Assembly (NCBI GenBank): GCA_045837725.1
Contig: JBEWZL010000239.1
Span: 124,001 to 188,000 of the forward strand
Length of the DNA: 64,000 nt
Direction: 5' to 3'
Source: Vermamoeba vermiformis
Lineage: Eukaryota
This document shows, in pieces, positions 12,009 to 24,013 of the stretch (positions within the stretch are counted from its first letter, which is position 1; every line of letters begins with the position of its first letter). The notes beneath the pieces were generated by a model. That model saw nothing but the letters and a program-made list of their open reading frames with translations. It made no database searches and was not told where the DNA came from. Made by a program: the position numbers and the translations under genes.

Positions 12009-13935
12009 ATGAGCTCCACAAACAAAGATAAATCAGAATATGATGTTTTATCGCCTTTCAGTCGCGGAGGAGCGTGCGATTATTGTCACGCTCGCAAAAT
12101 TCGTTGTGATAAACACAAGCCACAATGCCACGAATGTACAAAACGAAAAGTAAAATGCAACTATGGAATGAGATTAAAACGAGGACCCAAAACATCCAAG
12201 AACAAGCCAGAACGAAGAGATCAGATCCAAAATATTCCAAAATCCAACTCTCACCTACAAGCGATGCTCTTCGAGCTAGAATTCAACAGAAAATTAGCAG
12301 AATTATGGAGAAATATGCTTAGCAAAGTTGTTGAAGGAGCACTTCGACCACCTCCCAAGTTCGCTCCAGCCACCGAAGAATTTATTCGAGCTCCTGGAGC
12401 TGCACTCACTTTAATGGAAGATTTTAATACTACCCACCGATTAATTTATAGTTTGCACGACTTTGCTCCGAGCATTGACTTCGCCGTCAAACTGTGGCAG
12501 ACTCATCGATATTAATGCCACCGACCTCATTTCAGTCATTAGCACCTTTGAAACATCAATGCTATTATCAATGCTTGAGTATATCGTTATATTTCAATTA
12601 TGTAAGTATTATTAGCCGAGATACTGTTTTTCGATTTTTCGACACTTTTTCAATTACACGGTGAACTCACTACGAATCTATTAGGTACTAAGATCTATAT
12701 GCTCGATGACATAGCGGCATATACGACCAAGATCATTCATTACATTATCAATACAGTGATATTCGCACGAGATGGAACGAGCGACAGTTTGACACCCGAA
12801 TTGACACTTAAATTGCTGCCCTGTCTCACGCTGACTTCGAGCTATTTCAAATTAACTCTCGATAAAGACGCCACTATAACCTATCACATGATGGTCCAAG
12901 ACCTCTACGAACAAAACAAATCGTCCCCTTTGTTCGGAAAAGAAATCGAAGCCAGGTAAAACTAAGCGCACCATTCTCGATTTATTTAATATTAATACAA
13001 TGGTCCCTATAGAATGTTGTGTCGCAAAATATTGAGCTGTGTGACGAAAGAATCAAGTGATCAATGTTTACAGCGACTTGATGAACTCGACAAAGAAGGC
13101 ATTGTAAGTCAATATTAAGGTATTTTAAGGAACTCATAATAACTTTAACATCGATTAGATGTCGCCTAATCTTCATTTTCATCTCAATAATCATTTGGCC
13201 TATTTTGGATTGCGACAGGACGGTCAACTTAGGTACGTGGGAACGCGTGTGAAAAAAGTTTAATCTGACATGTCTCGTTCACAGTGAAGCAAACAAAGCC
13301 GTTCAAAAGGCAGAGTACTTCATTAAGTGGCACTTAGATAGTATTCCGCAAGACAAGCGACCTGGCCTTGAAAATTTTTACACGACTCGTTTGAGCTGTG
13401 TCCACACCGAGATCTTACTTCGAATGGGGCACACTGAATCAGCACTCCAACGCGTCGGTCAAATGTACAATGCATTTTCTCAGTTACCCACTGCTTTTAG
13501 ACGATTGTTCACGGCAAACTGTCACGTAAGCAAAATTATTACAAAAGGCTACTTTACTGACAAATTTTTCTTTTTAAGTTCTTCATGCTGACGATGAAGA
13601 GTAAAGGAGCGTTCCTGTCCGCGGACTATCTCGCACTTCTGATCAATCCCGCAGCAATGGTCAATAACGTCTTGGTTCCAGCCCCGCAATCGACAGTCAA
13701 ACAGGAGTCAAATTGCACTCAGGCGGTAACTGGAGAAGATATCAAGGAGCAATTTGACACTGTAGAAAGCTCTGACTCGAGTCCCCAGAATGACACTTTG
13801 ACACTTGATACATTTTCGTTGCCTTGTAGTGATGAGTCACCGAACACAACTTGGGTGTTCACTTCGTCCGATCAATTTTTCTTTGACGACTCTCAGCTTG
13901 AGCCATTTAACTTTGTTTCATATAATAATGTATAA
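12009..13935 (+). pseudogene. Zn2Cys6 transcription factor, copy 5, frameshifted in exon 1
   Basis: TGG CAG A CTC ATC GAT ATT at about 12501 versus WQILIDIN in copy 8: 2 nt missing. The remaining exons and splice sites look intact. Confidence 0.75.
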
Positions 13936-13995
13936 GTATGTAATAATGTAAGCATGTAAATAGTTATTGTAACTGTGAATCGAATCAGCTGCTAT

Positions 13996-14028
13996 GAAAT
14001 TTCAGTTCGGCGAAATTTTTGTCTCCGC
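13996..14028 (+). promoter_or_regulatory. Conserved upstream element of copy 6
   Basis: GAAATTTCAGTTCGGCGAAATTTTTGTCTCCGC, 92 bp before the ATG. Confidence 0.8.
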
Positions 14029-14087
14029 TGCCTGATTAACTCGTGCATTCTTCAAACATCTCTTTATTTTTCTTGCATTTCGAAAAC

Positions 14088-15986
14088 ATGAACAAACTAG
14101 ACCATAAAAAGCCATCATTTAAGAGCAACGCGTGTGATTACTGCCACGAAAAGAAGATCCGTTGCGACAAACGCAAGCCTCAATGCTACGAATGTGTCAA
14201 ACGAAGCATTAATTGTAATTATGGTACTAGATTGAAAAGAGGACCAAAGAGAGAAGAAAACAAAATTTTTAATCGCACCAAGCGAATAGATCAGATCCAA
14301 AATATTCCAAAATCCAGCCCTCATCTCCAAGCGATGCTCTTCGAGCTAGAATTCAACAAAAAAATGGCAGAATTTTGGAGAATTATACTAAGCAAAATCG
14401 GTGAAGGAGCGCTTCGACCACCTCCCAAGTTCGCTCCAGGCACCGAAGAATTTATTCGAACTCCTGGAGCTGCACTTACATTAATGGAAGATTTCGACTC
14501 AACGCATCGCCTAATATACACAATGCATAACTTTGCCCTGAGCACCGATATCGCAGTTAAACTCTGGCAAATAGTTGTGGATGTCCACGCAGCAGACTTT
14601 ATTTCAAGCATTAGCACCTTTGAAACGTCTTTACTAGTATCGATGATAGAGTACCTCGTTGTCTTCCAATTGGGTAAGTATTCGGTAATTTTGGTGATAG
14701 ATCTGTTTTTAATATACGATCAAGTCAGTAACAATTTCGTTGGTAGGAACCAAAATCCGCTTACACGACGATATGGCAGCATATATTATGAATATCATCC
14801 ATTATGTCATTAATATAGTGGTATACGCAAGAAGTGGAACAAGCGACAGTTTGACACCGGAACTGACACTTCAACTGCTGCCTTCTATCACATTGATTGC
14901 ACGGTACTTCAAGTTGACTCTGAATAAAGAAGCAACGACAGCATATCATAGTTTGATTCAAGACCTCTACGAACAAAACAAGGCCTCACCTTTGTTCAAG
15001 AAAGAAGTCGAAGCCAGGTAACTAGAACAACAATTACTCCTATTGTCTATTATTACTAACATGTGCTATAGAATGTTGTGTCGGAAGATGTTTACTTGCC
15101 CGACGAAAGAATCAAGCAATCAATGTTTGCAGCGACTTGATGAGCTCGACAAAGAAGGCATCGTACGTCATTGCTAATGATTTTATTGCATTTACTACAA
15201 CATATTTTTTAATTAGATGACGCCTAATCTGAATTTTCACCACTACAATCACTTGGCATTCTACGTGTTGCGACACAGAGGTCAACTAAGGTACGTGTCA
15301 TCGTTCGTGAAGTTTTCTGACATGTGTCACTTTCAGCGAAGCAAGCACAGCAATTCAAAAGGCAGAATACTTCATCAAATGGCACTTTGACACGATTCCG
15401 CAAGACAAACGACCAGCCGTCGAGGACTATTTCACAACACGTTTGAGTTGTGTTCATATCGAAATTTTACTTAGACTGGGGCTCGTTGAGGCAGCCCATC
15501 AACGCGTCAGTCAGATGTACAGTGCATTTGCTAGACTGCCTGCCACTTTCAGGCACATGTGCTCAGCAAAATTTAAGGTGAGTGATTGCATCTTACGTGC
15601 GCACCTGTCTAATTCTTGCAATACAGTTCCTTGTGAATTCCACGAGCTGCAAAGAAGAGTTCTTGTCTGTTGGTTACCTTGCACTTGCTTTCAATCCCAT
15701 GTCAACGATCAACCGAGTCCCTTTCCCTAGCCTCGCGCAATCGACAGTCAAACAAGGGTCAACTTGCGCCCCGGTGCACACCACAAACGGCGTTGGCGAA
15801 CAATTTGACACTGTAGATAGCTCTAACTCGAGCTCTCCGATTGATTTGGTGCTGTTAAGCGCATTTTCGTTGAATACGAGCGACGAATCACCCGACCTAA
15901 CATTGATGCTCGAGTCAACGGATCAGTTCTTCTTTGACAATGCTGAACTAGAGCCGCTTACATTCGTCGATTATCATAATGTATGA
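14088..15986 (+). CDS. Zn2Cys6 transcription factor, copy 6 (6 exons)
   Basis: CDYCHEKKIRCDKRKPQCYECVKRSINC; near-identical to copy 7. Confidence 0.92.
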
Positions 15987-16050
15987 TGTGATTGTACTGT
16001 AAATCGTGTAAATAGCCTTAGTTGTCGTGCTGTAATCAAAATGCAATCGC

Positions 16051-16083
16051 GAAATTTCAGTTCGGCGAAACTTTTGTCTCCGC
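16051..16083 (+). promoter_or_regulatory. Conserved upstream element of copy 7
   Basis: GAAATTTCAGTTCGGCGAAACTTTTGTCTCCGC, 93 bp before the ATG. Confidence 0.8.
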
Positions 16084-16143
16084 CGCCTGATCAACTCGCG
16101 TGCATTCAAACATCTCTTTATTTTTCTTGCATTCTTCGAAGGC

Positions 16144-18021
16144 ATGAACAAAATAGACACTAAAAAGCCATCATTTAAGAGCAACGCGTGTGATTACTGC
16201 CACGAAAAAAAGATCCGTTGTGATAAACGCAAACCTCAATGCTACGAATGTGTCAAACGAAACATAAATTGTAATTATGGTACTAGATTGAAAAGAGGAC
16301 CGAAGAAAGCAGAAAACAACATTTTTAATCGCACCAAGCGAAAAGATCAGATCCAAAGCGTTCAAAATTCCAGCCCTCATCTCCAAGCGATGCTCTTCGA
16401 GCTAGAATTCAACAAAAAAATGGCAGAATTTTGGAGAAATATACTAAGCAGAATTGGTGAAGGAGCGCTTCGACCACCTCCCAAGTTCGCTCCAGGCACC
16501 GAAGAATTTATTCGAACTCCTGGAGCTGCACTTACATTAATGGAAGATTTCGACTCAACGCATCGCCTAATATACACAATGCATAACTTTGCCCCGAGCA
16601 CCGATTTCGCAGTTAAACTGTGGCAAATAGTTGTGGATGTCCACGCAGCAGACTTTATTTCAATCATTAGCACCTTTGAAACATCTTTACTAGTATCTAT
16701 GATAGAGTACCTCGTCGTCTTTCAATTGGGTAAGGAGTCGGTAATTTTGGTGATCTAGATCTGTTTTTAATGTACGATGAAGTCCGTAACAATCTCGTTG
16801 TTAGGAACCAAAATCCACTCATATGACGATATGGCAGCATATCTTACGAATATCATCCATTATGTCATTAATATAGTGGTCTACGCAAGAAGTGGAACAA
16901 GCGACAGTTTGACACCTGAAGCGACACTTCAACTGCTGCCTTCTATCACGTTGATTGCACAATATTTCAAGATTGCGCTGAATAAAGAAGCAATGGCAGT
17001 ATATCATCTACTGATCCAAGACCTCTACGAACAAAACAAGCACTCGCCTTTGTTTGGAGGACAACACGAAGCCAGGTAATATCCGATGCACAAGCTCAGT
17101 CCGTTTACTATTACTTATAAATGATGTAGAATGTTGTGTCGCAAAATGGTTACCTGCCCGACGAAAGAGTTAGCCGACCAATGTTTGCAACGACTTGATG
17201 AGCTGGACAAAGAGGGCATCGTACGTCACTACTAATAAGCTGATTGCACTTAATATAACACATTTTTTATGTAGATGACGCCTAATCTGAATTTTCACCA
17301 TTACAATCACTTTGCGTTTTACGTACTGATACACAGAGGTCAACTAAGGTACGTGTCATCGTTCGTGAAGTTTTCTGACACGTGTCACTTTCAGTGATGC
17401 AAACACAGCCATTCAAAAGGCAGAATACTTCATTAAGTGGCACTTTGACACGATTCCGCAAGACAAACGACCAGCCGTCGAGGACTATTTCACAACGCGT
17501 TTGAGCTGCGTTCACATCGAGATTTTACTTAGACTGGGAGACGTTGAGGCAGCTCATCAACGCGTCAGTCAGATGTACAGTGCATTTGCTAGACTGCCTG
17601 CCACTTTCAGGCACATGTGCTCAGCAAAATTTAAGGTGAGTGCGAGCATCTTCGTCGTGAAACTGTCTAATAATGTTTCGGACTATAGTTCCTTCTGAGC
17701 TGTAAAGAGGAGTTCTTGTCTAGCGACTACATAGCACTTGCTTTCAATCCCATGGCATCGGTCAATCGCGTCTTTTTCTCGAGCCTCGCGCAATCGTCAA
17801 TCAAACAAGGGCACACCACAGAAGATGTCGGCGATAAATTCGACACTGTAGATAGCTCTAATTCGAGCTCTCCGAATGACTTGGTGCTGTTAAGTGCATT
17901 TTCGCTAAATACGAGCGACGAATCACCCGACCTAACATTGATGCTCGAGTCAACGGATCAGCTCTTCTTTGACACTGCGGAACTAGAGCCGCTTACTTTC
18001 GTCGATTATCATAATGTGTGA
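16144..18021 (+). CDS. Zn2Cys6 transcription factor, copy 7 (6 exons)
   Basis: CDYCHEKKIRCDKRKPQCYECVKRNINC; recent duplicate of copy 6, including promoter and most introns. Confidence 0.92.
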
Positions 18022-18079
18022 TATTATTGTATTTGTAAACGTGTAAATAGCCTTAGTTGTACTGCTGTACTCCGATTGC

Positions 18080-18330
18080 GAAATTTCACTTCGGCGAAAC
18101 TAAGGTCTCCGCGACACCGAAACCTGTGTGAGTTCACCTGAAAATCCAATTATTACGCCTGCATTGAAGACATGGACCAGGCGGCCATCAACATCTCAGA
18201 TAGACGTAGATGAACCTCAGATAGACGTAGATGAACGTATCTTCTCAATCAATACTCTCGGAACTACTTGGGCAGAAACTCAATTACACGATTAAAAGGA
18301 TCCGAATCAGATACAGCGTATCTCATTAAC
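18080..18330 (+). pseudogene. Orphan promoter element plus decayed start of another array unit
   Basis: Full motif GAAATTTCACTTCGGCGAAACTAAGGTCTCCGC; ATG at 18172 in the paralogous context (GCATT..GAAGACATG) at the usual 92-bp distance; stop after 13 codons. Confidence 0.55.
18195..18236 (+). repeat. Perfect 21-bp tandem duplication
   Basis: CTCAGATAGACGTAGATGAAC x2. Confidence 0.95.
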
Positions 18331-18468
18331 GACGAGAGAAGCGGAGCAAAATTCTAAAGTGACCAAGAGCGGACAGCGAAAAGGTTTATCTAAAACGTAT
18401 CAAATACACCGTAAGAGTTACGAAGTTGTAGAAGCTTCGGACTATAATTGGTAAGTGATAAACCGGTT

Positions 18469-18501
18469 GAAATTTCACTTCGGCGAAACTAGCGCCTCCG
18501 C
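18469..18501 (+). promoter_or_regulatory. Conserved upstream element of copy 8
   Basis: GAAATTTCACTTCGGCGAAACTAGCGCCTCCGC followed by TATAAA at about 18518. Confidence 0.8.
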
Positions 18502-18546
18502 CCTGGGACAGCACGCTTATAAAGGATCGTTCCAGCTATTTCTTCA

Positions 18547-20512
18547 ATGCAACACATGTCGCAAACACTAACAAGAGCAATCGTTAAGAGTGATGCTTGC
18601 GATTCATGTCACGCTCGCAAGATCCGTTGCGACAAGCGCAAGCCTCAATGCTATGAATGCATCAAGAGAAACATCAGCTGCAATTATGGTACTAGATTAA
18701 AAAGAGGACCTAAACCACCTAAATCAAAGAAAAAAACGCTGCAAAAGAAACAAAAAGTTCAAATCCAAAATATCCAAAAACCCAGTCCTCACCTCCAAGC
18801 GATGCTCTTCGAGTTAGAATTTAACAAAAAAATATTAGAATTATGGAAAAATATGTCAGTCCAAATTGGCGAAGGAAAACTTAGACCTCTGCCGCAATTC
18901 GATCCAGCCACCGAAGAATTTATTAGAAATCCAAGAGCAGCCCATACGATGATGACAGACTTCGATACCACGTACCGCCTTATTTATAGTCTACACAATT
19001 TTGCTCTGAGCCTGGATTTCGCCGACAAACTCTGGCAAATACTTATTGACATCAACACAGCGGACCTTCTTTCAGTACTTAGCACATTTGAAACATCACT
19101 ATTAGTATCAGTGCTCGAATACTTAGTCGTCTTTCAATTATGTAAGCCTGATCAAATTCTTAAGTTTCGCTAATTTTTGTAAATTTTAATTCACCTTAAT
19201 CGATAGGCACCAAGATTTATATGCTCGATGACATTGCAGCGTACATCGCGAAGATGATACAATCTATTCTCAACATCGTGATTTATGCCCGAGATGGCAC
19301 GAGTGACAGCTTGACACCTGAACTGACCATTCAGCTCATGACGTGCATCACCTTGACTTCGAATTACTACAAAATGGTCTTGGATAGAAAGACCGTCGTA
19401 GCCTATCATAGTTTGACTCAAGATCTCTACGAACAAAACAAAGCCTCACCTTTGTTCAAGAAAGAAGTCGAAGCCAGGTAACTAGAACAACAATTACTCC
19501 TATTGTCTATTATTACTAACGTTATGCTATAGAATGTTGTGCCGAAAAATATTGGATTGCTCGACACCAGAGTTAACTGAGCAGTGTTTACAACGACTTG
19601 ACGAGCTCGATAAACAAGGCATTGTACGTCATTATATATGAACTAACCGAGCTCATAATAACTTATATATTGAATAGATGTCGCCTAATCTCCATTTTCA
19701 TCTCAATAATCATTTAGCGTTCCACGTGCTACGAAAGCGAGGTCAGCTAAGGTACGCACGATCACTCGTTTGACATGTTCTTTTGACACCTGTCATTTTC
19801 AGCGAAGCAGATAAAGCGATAGAGAAAGCGGAGTACTTCATTAACTGGCACTTAAAAATCCTACCGCAAGACAAACGCACTGCCATACAAAACTTCTACA
19901 TGGTTCGTTTGTTCGTCGTGCACAGTGAAGTCTTGTTTCGACTGGGCAACAACGAAGCAGCTCTCCAACGCATCGGCCAATTGTACAACACCTTCGCACA
20001 ACTTCCGACTGCTTTTCGACGAATGGCCACGGCTAATACCCTCGTACGTATTGCAAAAACTTCAGTTTTGTAAAGGACTTACTTGACGAATTAATTTTAA
20101 TTTACAGTTCTTCTTGTCATCGATGAGAAACAGAGGAGCGTTCTTAGCTACAAACTACCTTGCGGTCATCGCTAACTCCAGTGCCGCTGTGAATCAAGTC
20201 TTGTACCCAACACTCTCTCTACCAGCAGTCGAACAAGGGCAATTTGACGCGCAAGAGTATAATATTGAAGACGAGAACGAGCCAGAGGAGCTCTTAGAAG
20301 GCTCTGGCTCGAGTTCTCAGAAAATGTCACCTGACGTGTTCCCGTTGAACGACAGCGATGAGTCCTATGCTACAACATTCGAGCTCGCATCGCCGTCCAT
20401 CGGTCACTTCTCACAAACTTGTCACTACGAGAGTAACAACACGAATGTCAGCAGAGTCGATGACGAAATTGAGCTGGATCCGTTTAACTATGTTGATTAT
20501 TACCTTGCTTAA
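18547..20512 (+). CDS. Zn2Cys6 transcription factor, copy 8 (6 exons)
   Basis: CDSCHARKIRCDKRKPQCYECIKRNISC, QAMLFELEFNKKILELW, acidic tail DDEIELDPFNYVDYYLA. Confidence 0.92.
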
Positions 20513-20617
20513 AGAGCACTTGTAAATTGTAAATAATTTTTTCTCTGATTCGCATCCTGCCTAAAGGTCTAAACCGGCCAAGATCAGTACTTTATTTCGA
20601 TCCAGTTTAACCAACGG

Positions 20618-20649
20618 GAAATTTCATCTCGGCGAAATTTTGGCTCCGC
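20618..20649 (+). promoter_or_regulatory. Conserved upstream element of copy 9
   Basis: GAAATTTCATCTCGGCGAAATTTTGGCTCCGC, 80 bp before the ATG. Confidence 0.8.
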
Positions 20650-20697
20650 ACTCCTTTATTTTGAAACAACAATAATGTTCCTGAGAGCTCCTTCGAG

Positions 20698-22341
20698 ATG
20701 AACACAATTAACCAAGTATATTTCTCTAACAACACCACTGACGCGTGCGATTTCTGTCACGGTAGGAAGATCCGTTGTGACAAGCGCAAGCCTCAATGCT
20801 ACGAATGTATCAAGCGAGGGATACAATGTGTGTATGGCCAAAAAAGAAAAAGAGGACCCAAGGGAAAAACGAAACATAAACGACAACACAAGCAGCCAGA
20901 TCAACAGATCCAAAATATTAATAAGCCTAGTATTCACCTCCAAACAATGCTGTTAGAGTTAGAATTCAACAAAAAAATGGTAGAATTGTGGAGAACAATG
21001 CAAAATAATATTAGCGAAGGCAAAGTTCGACCACCTCCGAAGTTTGATCCATCCACCGAACAGTTCATCAGAGATCCACAAGCAGCGAAACACTTGATGG
21101 AAGAATTTAATGACACTTACAGGTTGATTTATATTCTTCCTACCTTTGCAAATAGCATTGACCGATGTAGCAGCTTACATAGCAAAAGTTACACGTCACA
21201 TGATCGATACGATTCTCTATGCAAGAGATGGCACGAATGACAATTTGACACCTGAAATGACACTTCAGCTCTTACCTTCCATGACACTCCTGTCGAATTA
21301 CTACAGACCGAACAAAAATGTCCTCGCAGTACATTACAACTCCTATGCCACTGTTTACCACCGCTTAATGGTCACTTCTTTATTCAGCAAGGAACTAGAA
21401 GCTCGGTAAGATAAAATGACACGTGTCAAAGATCCATACTCACGACAAATTCTCAGAATGATTTGCCGAAGAATTTTGTGCGGTAAACTGACGCGAGAAG
21501 AGCGCGAGGGTTTCAAGAAAAGATTTCAAGAATTGAACGATGAAGGAGTGGTAAGCGGATCTGTCCTAGTTGACTCAAGTCACTAACACTTTATAGATTG
21601 GACCGAGTATTCTTTATCACTTCAATCATCATCTCTCAGTTATCGGACTTCGCTCCGCTGAAGATCTGCCGTACGTGATTATTTGATTGAAGTACCGTGC
21701 CAATACTGACACATTTAACTTTTAGTGAGGGAGAGCGAGCAATTCAAAAGGCCGAGTTCTATATTAACTGGCACTTAGATCAGTTACCGCCTGACAAGCG
21801 CCCAGCAATCGAAGGGTTCTACTTCACGCGACTAAGCATCACGCGCATCGAACTTTCGCTCAGGTTAGGCAATTTCGACATCGCCCAACAACGGGCCGGA
21901 CAAGTCATCTTCACGTTCTCGAGACTGCCATCTGAAATCAAGCAGATGTTGGTATCGTATTGCGAAGTAAGCTAAGCTGCAAACATGACGATAAATTGAT
22001 CAGTCTAACGTTACCTTACTCTCCTTCAGTACTTCAGCAACAATTACAAGTTGTCCATGGACTACACGGCAATGCTAACGAACCCAGGCGTGACCCCAAT
22101 GATGAAGACAAATCTGCTAATATCCCGTCAAGATGAAGCTCAGCAAGACGATCAAGATAAGAGCGGTGAAAGAGACGGAGTTCATCTGGATGAGTGGCTG
22201 GATCTGCTCGAAAGTGTTGAGAACAGTCCGCCGAACGAGACCGGACTACTTATTACTGATGCGCCAGGCATGGCGACCAACAACTTGAGCTTGGAAGAAG
22301 ACTTGTTCTTTGACTTTGCGGGGATTATTAATACGAACTAA
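20698..22341 (+). pseudogene. Zn2Cys6 transcription factor, copy 9, internal deletion with frameshift
   Basis: TFANSID is joined out of frame at about 21162 to DVAAYIAKV...YARDG. The end of exon 1, intron 1 and the start of exon 2 are missing. Confidence 0.8.
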
Positions 22342-22439
22342 AGTGCCACTTGGAAAATTGACTGTGAGCACGGAACCCAACGCTTCCTAATCTTTAAGAC
22401 CAAACTATATTACTCTACATTTTATCTACATACGTTAAG

Positions 22440-24013
22440 TTAGACTCGTAAAGAAGGGGCTGAAGTCGACTGTTTCGGCCCGCTCGAAGTTGATGATGAC
22501 AGTTTTTCACTGCTCTTTTTAGAAAGGCCTAAAATAGACCTCCTGTTGACGAAATACGTCGCTATATGTATCGCACTGATGCCGTATAAGCAAAGCATGA
22601 CGGAGAACCACATTATCGTGTACGGAATTGGATGCAGGAACATTGGTGATAATTCGAAGCCCAACGTAACAATAAATCCGAGTAAAAAGATTGATGACAG
22701 CGATAATAGCGTTGCAGTCTATAAATTAACGATTAGACGGCGTTATATTTTAATTATTGTCGGTACCTTTTGTACGGAGTTGTTCTTTTGGCTGGTTTTG
22801 ATTTTCTGCATTTTCCGCAAGTACAACGTCACGCGTATTGACGTTACGATGAACAATATGGCAAAAGCGAGGGCAACGGCAATATACAGTATGATGTTAA
22901 TGTAGATCACTGAGGTGGTTGCGCCTTGGGATCTAACAACGCTGATTACAATTTCAGCGGCGAAAAGCACTCCGATGCAGATCCAGAACGGAATTTTCAT
23001 CTTGCTAAGAAAAGCATTGGCTTGCATATTTGTTTTGCGCATCAGATCATACCTAACAAAGAGTTTAGTCTCGTGATGATGACACGTGTCAACGAGATAA
23101 ATACTTACTGATACAACGCTATCAAGAATATAGGTGCTATAGAGAATACGACGTGTGATGTTAAGAACAAATCGTTCACCTCCGCGTACCACAGTCTTCG
23201 GAACATCAACGGATTAACTACGATGAAAATTGTTCGCCAGATGGTACCGAACGCATGGGACCATAATGATAGTCGTATAATGACCATGCTCTTCTTGCTC
23301 GACTTGTAGAATACAATTATCAAATACAGCGCCGCCGAAAAAACCGACACTCCGATAAAGCCGAGTACAATCTGCCAGGCCAAAAGCCATCCAGATAACG
23401 TCACGGCATACCATTCGTTAGTGCCTAGACATGAATAGTTAATAAGGAGGCACACGATATTAAATAAGGCTTACTAAATGAATCAACCACAGCAATAGCA
23501 GTAAAGTTCGGATCATACAGGGACTCGTTCAAACGTTGGAAGTCAGCGGTTGAAAATGAATTGTGTGGTAATAACCATCGATTAGACGGTTCTCTATAAT
23601 CAAATAAAGTCTCGGCACCGGGCACAGTTTCTAAAAGTAAATGATTAGATTCCGATACCATAAATAGATCGGTTTAGATTTTGAAATTTTGGCTTACTAA
23701 ATACCGGGGCAGGTGTAGTTATAATTCCTAGAGCCCCTTTGTCTTGCAGAGGTATTGCAACTTCATCCCAGATCCACAATTTCGGCCGCATTACGATAAT
23801 TATTTTGCCAGTCAGATCGTCCAATTGCCTCGCTTTCCAATCAGGCACCAATTCTCCGGAGATATTCCAACTCCTCGGGTTATTAGCAAAATAATTCGGC
23901 ACTACGTCGTAATAGCCCAGTATGCTCGGATTCGATGCTGAAATGATCGTCATTCCAGCACTGGCCAATAGTATGATCTGGCTGACGACTAGATATAATA
24001 TATATGGCCGCAT
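22440..24013 (-). CDS. Signal peptide + divergent PA-like domain + 7TM protein (multi-exon)
   Basis: Hydrophobic N-terminus; DLTGKIIIV...LQDKGALGII; NEW before TM1; about seven hydrophobic segments; Ser-rich tail. Confidence 0.7.

Noticed and set aside
579-20649. Recurring ~30-bp motif as a CRISPR repeat or transposon terminus
   Set aside because: Copies are kilobases apart, always a fixed distance before an ATG, with no cas genes, transposase, paired ends or target-site duplications.
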